From Eubacteriales bacterium (GTDB lineage: Bacteria; Bacillota; Clostridia; Lachnospirales; Lachnospiraceae): DNA of 64,000 nt. A model generated the notes under the pieces. It was not told where the DNA came from and did no database searches. It worked only from the letters and a program-made list of their open reading frames with translations. The position numbers and the translations under genes are program-made. Below, piece by piece: positions 27,501-35,138 of this stretch (its first letter is position 1; each line of letters begins with the position of its first letter). The stretch covers positions 1,635 through 65,634 of the forward strand of contig JAUNCI010000003.1 of assembly GCA_030526665.1 (NCBI GenBank), given 5' to 3'.

Positions 27501-27531
27501 GAGAAGGGGCTGTAAAAAACAGTCCCTTCTC
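27501..27531. terminator. Bidirectional terminator between the MFS gene and cbiO
   Basis: GAGAAGGGGCTGT aaaaa ACAGTCCCTTCTC, followed by a T-rich tract. Confidence 0.7.
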
Positions 27532-27576
27532 TTTATTTCTTCTATGTACTTTTCTTTTTGCTCTTATTACTTATCT

Positions 27577-28305
27577 CTATCTTCTCTGGTAACAGAATGG
27601 CAATTCCAAATGACATTCTTCGAGAAGTTTTTGATCTGTCAGAATTGTCTCTGTATCACCATCTGCATAAATTGCACCTTGTTTCATCAATATTACTCGA
27701 TCGCAGGTATCCAGAATCATATCCAGATCATGTGATGCGATGAGCTTGGTCTCATGCATTTCATTTAAGTTATTTATTAAATTTCTGCGGTTGTACGGAT
27801 CGAGCGCAATCGATGGCTCATCCATAAGAATGATTCTTGGTTTCATCGCCAGAATCGTTGCGATACAGGCCATTCTTTTCTCACCACCGGACATTTTGTA
27901 ATTCTCTTTAAACTTCAAATGTGTAATACCGGTTCGTTCCAATGCTTCGTCTACACATTTTTCAATTTCTTCCTTAGACATTCCATAGTTTCTAGGTCCA
28001 AATGCGATGTCATCGTATACAGTTGGCATAAAAAGCTGACTGTCAGAATCCTGAAAAACGAATCCCAGATTTTTACGTATCTCCGGAAGATTTTTCTTTT
28101 CAACCTCTGTTCCGCATACTTTGATACTGCCCTCATGCCCTACCAATCCGGTAAGCATTTTCAGCAGTGTTGATTTTCCGGTACCATTTGCACCGATCAA
28201 TCCTACCTTCTCACCTTCCTTTATATGAAGCGAAAGGTCTGATATGATATATTTTTGCTTGTCATATCCAAACGATGCATTCTCAATTTTTATCATATAT
28301 AACAA
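27577..28305 (-). CDS. cbiO: ECF-type cobalt/nickel transporter ATP-binding protein
   Basis: 242 aa with Walker A GANGTGKST, signature MSGGEKRM and Walker B ILMDEP. Confidence 0.85.
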   Translation of the reverse strand: MLYMIKIENASFGYDKQKYIISDLSLHIKEGEKVGLIGANGTGKSTLLKMLTGLVGHEGSIKVCGTEVEKKNLPEIRKNLGFVFQDSDSQLFMPTVYDDIAFGPRNYGMSKEEIEKCVDEALERTGITHLKFKENYKMSGGEKRMACIATILAMKPRIILMDEPSIALDPYNRRNLINNLNEMHETKLIASHDLDMILDTCDRVILMKQGAIYADGDTETILTDQKLLEECHLELPFCYQRR

Positions 28306-28401
28306 ATCTCCTACATGTATTATAAGCTAATAATTCCTTATACGGCTGCGATAGATTAATATGGGAGCCAATCCAGCAGCAATAGACTTATTTTTTGCGT
28401 A

Positions 28402-29202
28402 TTAAACAAATAATTTGCCGATAACCTCTGATAAATTAAATAATCTCAGCAATAAGAATATTCCGATCCATAAAATCAGATAAATCCAATCTGCTTTTTG
28501 AGCTTTTTTGTCTTTTGCATAATAAAAACTTTCTCGGAATCCTCGCATCTGCATGCTCTGGTACAAATGCTGCGATCTGTCCATGCTTCGAATCAGAAGC
28601 TGTCCCACAAACGAACCCCAGGCTGAAAAATGAAGTCCCTTCTGCCCCGGAGCACGAAGAGAATATGCATTCATCATCGTTCCAGCTTCTTTTAAAAGCA
28701 GACTGATATATCGATAGGTAATCAAAATCTGCGTAATCAAAACATCCGGTATTTTCAGCAGACTAAGTGCATAGCAAATCTGTTCGATATTTGTCGTTGA
28801 AATCAGCAAAAAAGATGCCATCAGGGAAAATACACCTTTTAGCATCAAAGTAACAAATGAAATGATGCCACTTGTGATCGGTACTCTTCCAATCTGCATT
28901 ACAACAACTCTGTCTATAAAAGGGTTCCAGATTCCCACTGCACATACAAGCGGAAGAATAAAACGCATTTTATAAAGGCAGGTTTTCAGCGGAATTCCAC
29001 TTAGCTGAAACAGGAAGATCGGATAAATAATCATCGGAATGATTGCTGTCAGCTGATTTTTTGAATAAGAAACAACTGTTACAATATATATAATAGTTAC
29101 CAGAAGTTTCACCAATGGGTGCCTTCTGTGTACAGGCGAATCCTGTTTTGCCAGCATATCCATATTGGCAAGTTCCAGCATCGCATTTGTCATTTGGTTC
29201 AT
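28402..29202 (-). CDS. cbiQ: ECF transporter transmembrane (T) component CbiQ
   Basis: 266 aa membrane protein with two C-terminal Ala-Arg-Gly-type coupling motifs (AYSLRAPGQ, QSMQMRGF). Confidence 0.8.
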   Translation of the reverse strand: MNQMTNAMLELANMDMLAKQDSPVHRRHPLVKLLVTIIYIVTVVSYSKNQLTAIIPMIIYPIFLFQLSGIPLKTCLYKMRFILPLVCAVGIWNPFIDRVVVMQIGRVPITSGIISFVTLMLKGVFSLMASFLLISTTNIEQICYALSLLKIPDVLITQILITYRYISLLLKEAGTMMNAYSLRAPGQKGLHFSAWGSFVGQLLIRSMDRSQHLYQSMQMRGFRESFYYAKDKKAQKADWIYLILWIGIFLLLRLFNLSEVIGKLFV

Positions 29203-29221
29203 AATATTAAAATCTCCATAT

Positions 29222-29262
29222 CAAAAGAATAGGATGAAACACATTTCATGCTTCATCCTATT
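29222..29262 (-). terminator. Terminator-like hairpin inside the cbiM-cbiQ spacer
   Basis: On the minus strand, AATAGGATGAA...TTCATCCTATT (11-bp stem) is followed by CTTTTGA. It sits about 20 nt upstream of the cbiQ RBS. Confidence 0.4.
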
Positions 29263-29381
29263 GTATGAATTTCTATTCATTTTGTAAATATAATATTCTA
29301 AATTATTCATAATAATACTTTTGGTTATGATCAAAATACTATAAATAATAAATATTTTTTATTTTTATATTATTGATTCAA

Positions 29382-30422
29382 TTATGCCTTTGCATGTTTT
29401 TTACGGAAAAATCCGCCCGCTACACAAAGTCCTGCTGCCAAAAGTGCAACAATTGCAGATCCAACAATACCTGAGAATGAAGTACCTGCCGGATTTTCGC
29501 TGTCTGAAGCAAATGCGTAATCCGGAAGCAGTGCTGTCTTGTCCTGAATACTGCCTGCAGTATCTGCAACGGAACTGCTCACACCGTAATCATCTTCATC
29601 AAGTCCCATGTTAGCAGAATAGCCGCCGTCTTCATTTCCGAATAATGACCATTCCAATCCATCCGGATTGCTGCTTGCGAACTGTGATCCGATACCACCG
29701 ATCAGAACAACGAGAATTCCAAGTACCACTGCAACTTTTTTCAATGACCAGCTTCCTGCTTTTACGTCTTCGTCGCCAACCACTTCCAGGATCTGTGGTC
29801 TTGTCTGATATACAAATACTACAACCGCAGCTGTGATAAGTCCTTCAATCAATCCGATAGCAAGATGAATCGGCTGCATCAATCCGAGGAATGCTCCAAA
29901 GGAAAGTTCTGAAATACCTGATGCAAATGTTTCAATACATACAGAAAATGCACCAAGCTGAAGAGTTACAACACAGCCTAGAACAGATGCAAGGATCAGT
30001 TTCAATTTCATATCTTTCATTTTGCTTTTTACGATTGGACGATAAATCAGGAAATATCCTATAAAGCATCCATAAAACGCCATATTCCAACAGTTTGCCC
30101 CCAGAGCCATCAGACCTCCATCCGCAAATAGCAAGCATTGTATCGCCAAAATTACAACCATTGATACAAATCCTGCGTATGGTCCAAGCAGTGCTGACAG
30201 AAGCATACCACCACACATATGGCCGCTGGATCCGGTTCCCGGAATTGTGTAGTTAATCATCTGTCCGGCAAAAACAAAAGCCGCCATAACCCCCATAACC
30301 GGAATTTTTTCCGTATTCTCTTTCAATCGAAGTTGTTTAATGGATACACCGGTAGTAATACCTGATGCAACATACATAGTTGCCGCCACTGCAGGCGCCA
30401 ACAGAGCATCTGCCATATGCAT
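29382..30422 (-). CDS. cbiM: Cobalt/nickel ECF substrate-capture component CbiM/NikM fused to a C-terminal PDGLE-motif, TM-anchored extension
   Basis: 346 aa. It has the N-terminal MH metal-ligand start (MHMADALLAP) and a CbiM-like ~220-aa core. The tail carries a literal NPDGLEW motif and a final TM helix. Confidence 0.8.
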   Translation of the reverse strand: MHMADALLAPAVAATMYVASGITTGVSIKQLRLKENTEKIPVMGVMAAFVFAGQMINYTIPGTGSSGHMCGGMLLSALLGPYAGFVSMVVILAIQCLLFADGGLMALGANCWNMAFYGCFIGYFLIYRPIVKSKMKDMKLKLILASVLGCVVTLQLGAFSVCIETFASGISELSFGAFLGLMQPIHLAIGLIEGLITAAVVVFVYQTRPQILEVVGDEDVKAGSWSLKKVAVVLGILVVLIGGIGSQFASSNPDGLEWSLFGNEDGGYSANMGLDEDDYGVSSSVADTAGSIQDKTALLPDYAFASDSENPAGTSFSGIVGSAIVALLAAGLCVAGGFFRKKHAKA

Positions 30423-30641
30423 AATAGTTACCTCCTGTTACTCATTACGTTTTTATACGCTTATACCCCTTTATTTACGCTTATTTTTGTTTACTTAAAT
30501 TCGTTAAGCGTTTATTTACGGTCTTTATTATATTCTATATAATAAATTCCTCAGACGAATATTTCAAGCCTTATACCGCATTTCCATATACCAATTTCGA
30601 CTATTAACATTCCTGTCAGGAATACCTGTAGAAGGTTTATT

Positions 30642-30953
30642 GGTGCCTTTTTTTGCCCTACCCCCTTATTTCCCAGCACAGGTCATACTAATTTAACCTT
30701 CCATTTGCCCTCATGATAGTTTTCTCAACTCAGGATATTCTTTCCCCGTATTCCTATTGATCCCACAATATTTTTCTCTAATCAGGATATACTCGCCTGG
30801 CTTTCCTTTTGATCCCATGTTATATTTCAGAATATAGGATGTACTTACTCCTGCTTCTCTTTGCCCCCTTTCCATATTTCCCATTTCAGGATGCATCTGC
30901 CACTTCTTCTCTTTGCTCCCTTTACACATTTCCCATCTCAGGATGCATCTGTA
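30642..30953. repeat. Six-copy tandem repeat with an exact 52-bp period
   Basis: The anchors TTG (30653, 30705, 30757, 30809, 30861, 30913) and CAGG/TAGG (30679, 30731, 30783, 30835, 30887, 30939) recur every 52 bp. The two distal units match at 44 of 52 positions by hand alignment. Confidence 0.85.
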
Positions 30954-30979
30954 CAAAACAATATTCCCCCACGCCAAAA

Positions 30980-31014
30980 GGGATATTGCGCTCTTGTAAT
31001 TAGCACAATATCCC
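30980..31014 (-). terminator. Terminator-like hairpin after the 810-aa gene
   Basis: GGGATATTGCGC ... GCACAATATCCC, followed on the minus strand by CTTTTGG. Confidence 0.5.
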
Positions 31015-31072
31015 TTCTTTATAAAGCTTTTCTAATTTATTATCAATTACTTCAGCTAATGCATGAATGCCA

Positions 31073-33505
31073 TTACTGTAACTGTATACCAAAGATCAGG
31101 CAATCTCGTGTTCCGACTACTGCCATATCATTGTATACCGCCGGAGAGGCTTCGATTGTTCCTTCACCCAGATCAAGCATATTAAGCTGTTCTCCGGTCA
31201 GACCATCCAGCAGATACACCTTACCATTACTTGCACAATATAGTACGTTTCCGTTTCCTTCTTCGTCATATACACAAGCCGGTGATGACCATGCATATGC
31301 CGCATTGTGTTCAAATACCTTTTCTCCGGTTTCTTTGTTCAGTGCAACACAGACACCATCTGATTGGCTTCCGACCATAGAAACAGTTACATAGATATTA
31401 TCTTTTAGTTTGTTCTTACCTAATGCAATCGTAGACTGCACACCGCCGGATACACCTTCAATCGTATAACATGTATAAGAAGTCTGCCATACAATTTCTC
31501 CGTTTTCTGCATCGATCTTCCAGATTGGAATTTCTGCCGTACCGGACGAACGCCATCCTTCATGGAATGATGTGCTGATGTAGAGATATGGGTGTCCATT
31601 TTCAAATTCAAGAACCGGAGTATCGTTTGTATCATCCAATACATCCTGCACCCATACTAGCTGCAAAGTATTTAAATCAAGACACATAAAGAATCCGGCA
31701 TTGTCTGCAACAAACAAATAATGACTATAAATTACCGCACTGTCTTCCATACCCCACCAGTATGTATCACTGGTGCATCGGTGTCCATCATAACGCCATT
31801 TTACGGTTTTGTCAGGATTAATAGAAACCGTACCTGCTTCCTCATCATAATTACTATTCAAATGAATCAGATAAAGAATACCACTCTCGCCCGGATAAAT
31901 CAGAGTATCATTTTCCGCACATACAAGTGCTGATGAGTCAAAGAAGCTCAGTGAACCACGAAGTGAGAATTCGTCTTCCTTACCGAATTCATACATTACT
32001 GAGCAGTCCAACAGATTAATGATAAATGCATGCGCGGTTCCGTTCTGCGAACTATTGATACCTGCTCCAAGATACATGATCGGATATCCTCGAGGATCCA
32101 ATGCCCCTGCACCTTTGAAGGTGTAACCCAGATACATGCTGTCTCGAGTTGCTTCACCGGTCTCCAGATCGATGAAATAGATATATCCATCCATGCAGGC
32201 ATAGATTACTTCTACAAGATTAGCTTTATTTTTTGCTGAATCATACATGTTGGAATGCTGTTTTACACTATCCGGCCATTTAACGATCAATGGCTGCCCT
32301 GTCCAGCCGCTTCCTGTCCAGGAATCCAAACCTCCTGTATTTACCGACCATGCCTGTTTCAATGTTTTTGCTTCCATTTTGGCATTTCCATAGGTCGGAT
32401 CACTTCGGAAGTTATTACCACGGAAAGTAATGACACCTTCCACATTGGTATACTCTGATCCCGGGCCAAAATTATATGTTGTGTCTGATTTATAATCAGA
32501 CGGGCTCATCTCAACACCATCTACCTGAAGTAATGTAGTAGAAATCAGTTTCGATGGATCTGTATTTGCTGTACATGTCGGTTCAAAAACATAATCGTCA
32601 GGTACTTTTAAATACGCTTCCTCAGCCGCTTTCGCTTCTGCCGCAGCCTGTTCCGCAGCAATTCTCGCCTCTTCCTGTTCTCTGAGAATCTGCTCCTGTC
32701 TGGCTTTTTCTTTTGATTTTATAACTGCATTTTTAATTGCGAAACCGCCGGCAACAACTAAAATAATGGCTAAAATAATTCCGGCCACTATCAACGCTGT
32801 TTTGGGATTGATCTTTTTTATCTTATCCACAAAACCAGCTGTTGCTTTACGGCTTTTCTCACGTCTTTGTGCATTACGCTGTTTTCGGATTTCACGTGAC
32901 TTTTCTGCATTCTGCCGACGAGCAGCACTCATTTCTTCCTTTTTTGCCTGCTTTGCTACAGCCATACGCTCTGCAACTCGTGATGTATGTTTTTGTCTTG
33001 GTTCCTGTTTTGTTTCAGCCGGTCGCCTCTGCCGAGTCTGTTTTACTTCCGCCTCCTGTGCTGCTTCTTGTCTACTTTTTGGGCTAACTTCACGTTTAGG
33101 CTGTGCTGCCGGACCTCTATTCTCTGCTGCATGTGGCTTAGCAGATTTATTTTTTTCAACAGTCGGGCCTTGCCATTTGCTTTTGCGGAGCGATGTTTTC
33201 TTTTTCTTATGAAGCAGTCCGGAACCACTCATTCCGTTTCCACTTCGAACAGCTCTGGCTTTCGCTGCTCTTTCGGCACGCAGTTCACGGTCTATACGAT
33301 TTTGCTCAACCTGCTGTTTTCTGCGCTGTGCTCTCTCAGAGAGTCTTTCTTCTGATGCAGTTTCCCCACCTGCCCTGCTTCTCTGTGATGCCTGCTTCGT
33401 ACTCTCATTGTCCCGTTCCCTGGGAATACGGCGCAATCCTGCAGTATTTGTAGGATCCTGAATTTGCTCAGGATCAAGATTTATTTTAAAATACTGTTTT
33501 TCCAA
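31073..33505 (-). CDS. Membrane-anchored protein: ~235-aa highly charged cytoplasmic tail, single TM helix, coiled-coil linker and extracellular PQQ/BamB-like beta-propeller
   Basis: 810 aa. The N-terminal R/K/E/Q-rich low-complexity region is followed by TM ALIVAGIILAIILVVAGGFAI. The C-terminal ~480 aa have repeated beta-propeller-like blades (YACMDGYIYFIDLETGE, ASNGKVYLLDGLTGE). Confidence 0.7.
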   Translation of the reverse strand: MEKQYFKINLDPEQIQDPTNTAGLRRIPRERDNESTKQASQRSRAGGETASEERLSERAQRRKQQVEQNRIDRELRAERAAKARAVRSGNGMSGSGLLHKKKKTSLRKSKWQGPTVEKNKSAKPHAAENRGPAAQPKREVSPKSRQEAAQEAEVKQTRQRRPAETKQEPRQKHTSRVAERMAVAKQAKKEEMSAARRQNAEKSREIRKQRNAQRREKSRKATAGFVDKIKKINPKTALIVAGIILAIILVVAGGFAIKNAVIKSKEKARQEQILREQEEARIAAEQAAAEAKAAEEAYLKVPDDYVFEPTCTANTDPSKLISTTLLQVDGVEMSPSDYKSDTTYNFGPGSEYTNVEGVITFRGNNFRSDPTYGNAKMEAKTLKQAWSVNTGGLDSWTGSGWTGQPLIVKWPDSVKQHSNMYDSAKNKANLVEVIYACMDGYIYFIDLETGEATRDSMYLGYTFKGAGALDPRGYPIMYLGAGINSSQNGTAHAFIINLLDCSVMYEFGKEDEFSLRGSLSFFDSSALVCAENDTLIYPGESGILYLIHLNSNYDEEAGTVSINPDKTVKWRYDGHRCTSDTYWWGMEDSAVIYSHYLFVADNAGFFMCLDLNTLQLVWVQDVLDDTNDTPVLEFENGHPYLYISTSFHEGWRSSGTAEIPIWKIDAENGEIVWQTSYTCYTIEGVSGGVQSTIALGKNKLKDNIYVTVSMVGSQSDGVCVALNKETGEKVFEHNAAYAWSSPACVYDEEGNGNVLYCASNGKVYLLDGLTGEQLNMLDLGEGTIEASPAVYNDMAVVGTRDCLIFGIQLQ

Positions 33506-33775
33506 TTCCTTTTACCTCTAACCAATTATTATGTAAAAAATGCCATATAGTATTTATTTTAATATAAATCTGAAACTAATCAACGATTTTTTGCCAGTTA
33601 AAACAAAATTAATATTTCGCATGTTTTTTGTTTCACTATTGCCCACCTCATGCTGTACATATATAATATTCATACAGCCTTAGCAGTAAATGCTTCGGCC
33701 TATTCTGAATAATTTTTATTATTTCCTATTTTTTATTATTTATAATAATTCTAATATGATTCGGGGGTATTCACC

Positions 33776-34963
33776 ATGAAATTATTAGTCTGCAATGTTG
33801 GCAGCACTTCTTTAAAGTTTAAACTTTTTGCCATGCCGGGAGATTTTGTAATGTCGGAAGGTAAAGTTGAGCGTGTCGGCAGCTTAACGGATGCTATATT
33901 TCATTATCAGAAAACAGGAGCCGAGAAAATTCACAAAGAAAACATCAGTGTTCCATCATATACAGCAGGTATTCAAATGTTCCTAAATCTTCTGGTAGAT
34001 TCTGAGCAGGGTGCTCTAAAAGATTTAGCAGAAATTGAGCGCATTGGATTCAAGACTGTTTTATCCAAAAATCACTACGGTGTTCACGAATTGACGGATG
34101 AAGTTCTGGATGGTATGGAACAGTATAATTCTATCGCCGGTTCTCACAATGTTCCTTATCTCACAGCCATTCGTCTCTTTCGCGATGTGGCACCGAACGC
34201 AAAACTGATTGGTGTATTTGAGACACATTTTCATCAAACAATTCCTCTGGAAAGAAAGCTTTATGGAATTCCATATGACTGGTATGAAACTTACGGAATA
34301 CAAAAAATGGGATATCATAGCGCATCGCATAGTTTTGTCGCACAGACTCTTGAGGACATCTTTGAAAACACGGGCAAAACGATCTCCTGTCATTTAGGCG
34401 GCAGTTGTTCCATCTGTGCTATTGATAATGGAAAAAGCGTTGATAACAGCTGGGGAATTTCCCTGCAGTCCGGTCTTCCCCACTCCAATCGGACCGGAGA
34501 TCTTGATCCTTTCGTCATTCCATTTTTGTTAAAAGAAGGTCTGTCACTTGAAGAAATCACGGAAGGTTTGACCAAACGAGGAGGACTTCTTGGAATTTCC
34601 GGACTCAGCAATGATGTTCGCGATTTAGAATATGCCGAAGAAGAAAATAATGATGCCCGTGCGAAGCTCGCTCTGGACGTCTTCGTAACCAATATTGTTC
34701 GATATATCGGGGCTTATTATGCTGAGCTCGGCGGACTGGATCATCTTGTATTTACCGGTGGTATCGGTGAGCATAGCGGACATATTCGAGAAAAAGTCTG
34801 CAAAGCAATCGAACATTTAGGCATTAAATTAAATCGACCGGCTAATTATGCATGCAGAAAAAATGCAATTATCTCCGCCGCAGGCTCTAAAGTTATGGTA
34901 CATGTCATTGCGCAGAATGAAGAACTTATCGTAGCCAGAAAAACTTTTGATTTTGAAAATTGA
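33776..34963 (+). CDS. Acetate/propionate kinase family protein (divergent paralogue)
   Basis: 395 aa with motifs NVGSTSLKF, FETHFHQT, GYHSASH, HLGGSCS, RTGDLDP and FTGGIGEHS. Confidence 0.75.
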   Translation: MKLLVCNVGSTSLKFKLFAMPGDFVMSEGKVERVGSLTDAIFHYQKTGAEKIHKENISVPSYTAGIQMFLNLLVDSEQGALKDLAEIERIGFKTVLSKNHYGVHELTDEVLDGMEQYNSIAGSHNVPYLTAIRLFRDVAPNAKLIGVFETHFHQTIPLERKLYGIPYDWYETYGIQKMGYHSASHSFVAQTLEDIFENTGKTISCHLGGSCSICAIDNGKSVDNSWGISLQSGLPHSNRTGDLDPFVIPFLLKEGLSLEEITEGLTKRGGLLGISGLSNDVRDLEYAEEENNDARAKLALDVFVTNIVRYIGAYYAELGGLDHLVFTGGIGEHSGHIREKVCKAIEHLGIKLNRPANYACRKNAIISAAGSKVMVHVIAQNEELIVARKTFDFEN

Positions 34964-35026
34964 TCAGAAAAAATGTCAAGGTTCCAAAATCTATAAAACC
35001 ACTATATTTATAATAATCATGACAAT

Positions 35027-35076
35027 CAAAACAGGTGTCTTATAGCTTAAATCTATGCTATAAGACACCTGTTTTT
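35027..35076. terminator. Bidirectional intrinsic terminator
   Basis: AACAGGTGTCTTATAGC ... GCTATAAGACACCTGTT, flanked by AAAA and TTTTTT. Confidence 0.85.
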
Positions 35077-35138
35077 TGAATGTCATTGATAACAAATTGT
35101 TTTAAATTTAATCTTTTATATTTAGATTAATCACGCCT

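Noticed and set aside
30423-30641. Cobalamin or NiCo riboswitch in the cbiM leader
   Set aside because: I could not find a B12 box (GCCACTG-like), the conserved GGTGxxAAxTCC/AGCCAGGAGACC-type cores or the NiCo four-way junction. The leader downstream of the best promoter is only about 120 nt. An Infernal scan is needed to be definitive.
30642-30953. Possible CRISPR array, because of regularly spaced repeats
   Set aside because: The whole 52-bp unit is repeated with graded divergence. There is no alternation of an invariant 25-40-bp repeat with unrelated spacers, no palindromic repeat core and no cas genes in the window.
30711-31394. ORFs drawn across the 52-bp array (88 aa minus; 64 aa and 177 aa plus)
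   Set aside because: The repeat period is 52, which is 3x17+1, so each unit shifts the frame and the peptide repeats are only partial. There are no RBSs. The 177-aa ORF also runs antisense into the end of the well-supported 810-aa gene.
32766-33477. Stack of overlapping plus-strand ORFs (148, 122, 86 and 81 aa) in a GC- and purine-skewed stretch
   Set aside because: They lie antisense to the R/K/E/Q-rich low-complexity region of the 810-aa protein. Its codon bias removes stop codons from the other frames, so they are not independent genes.
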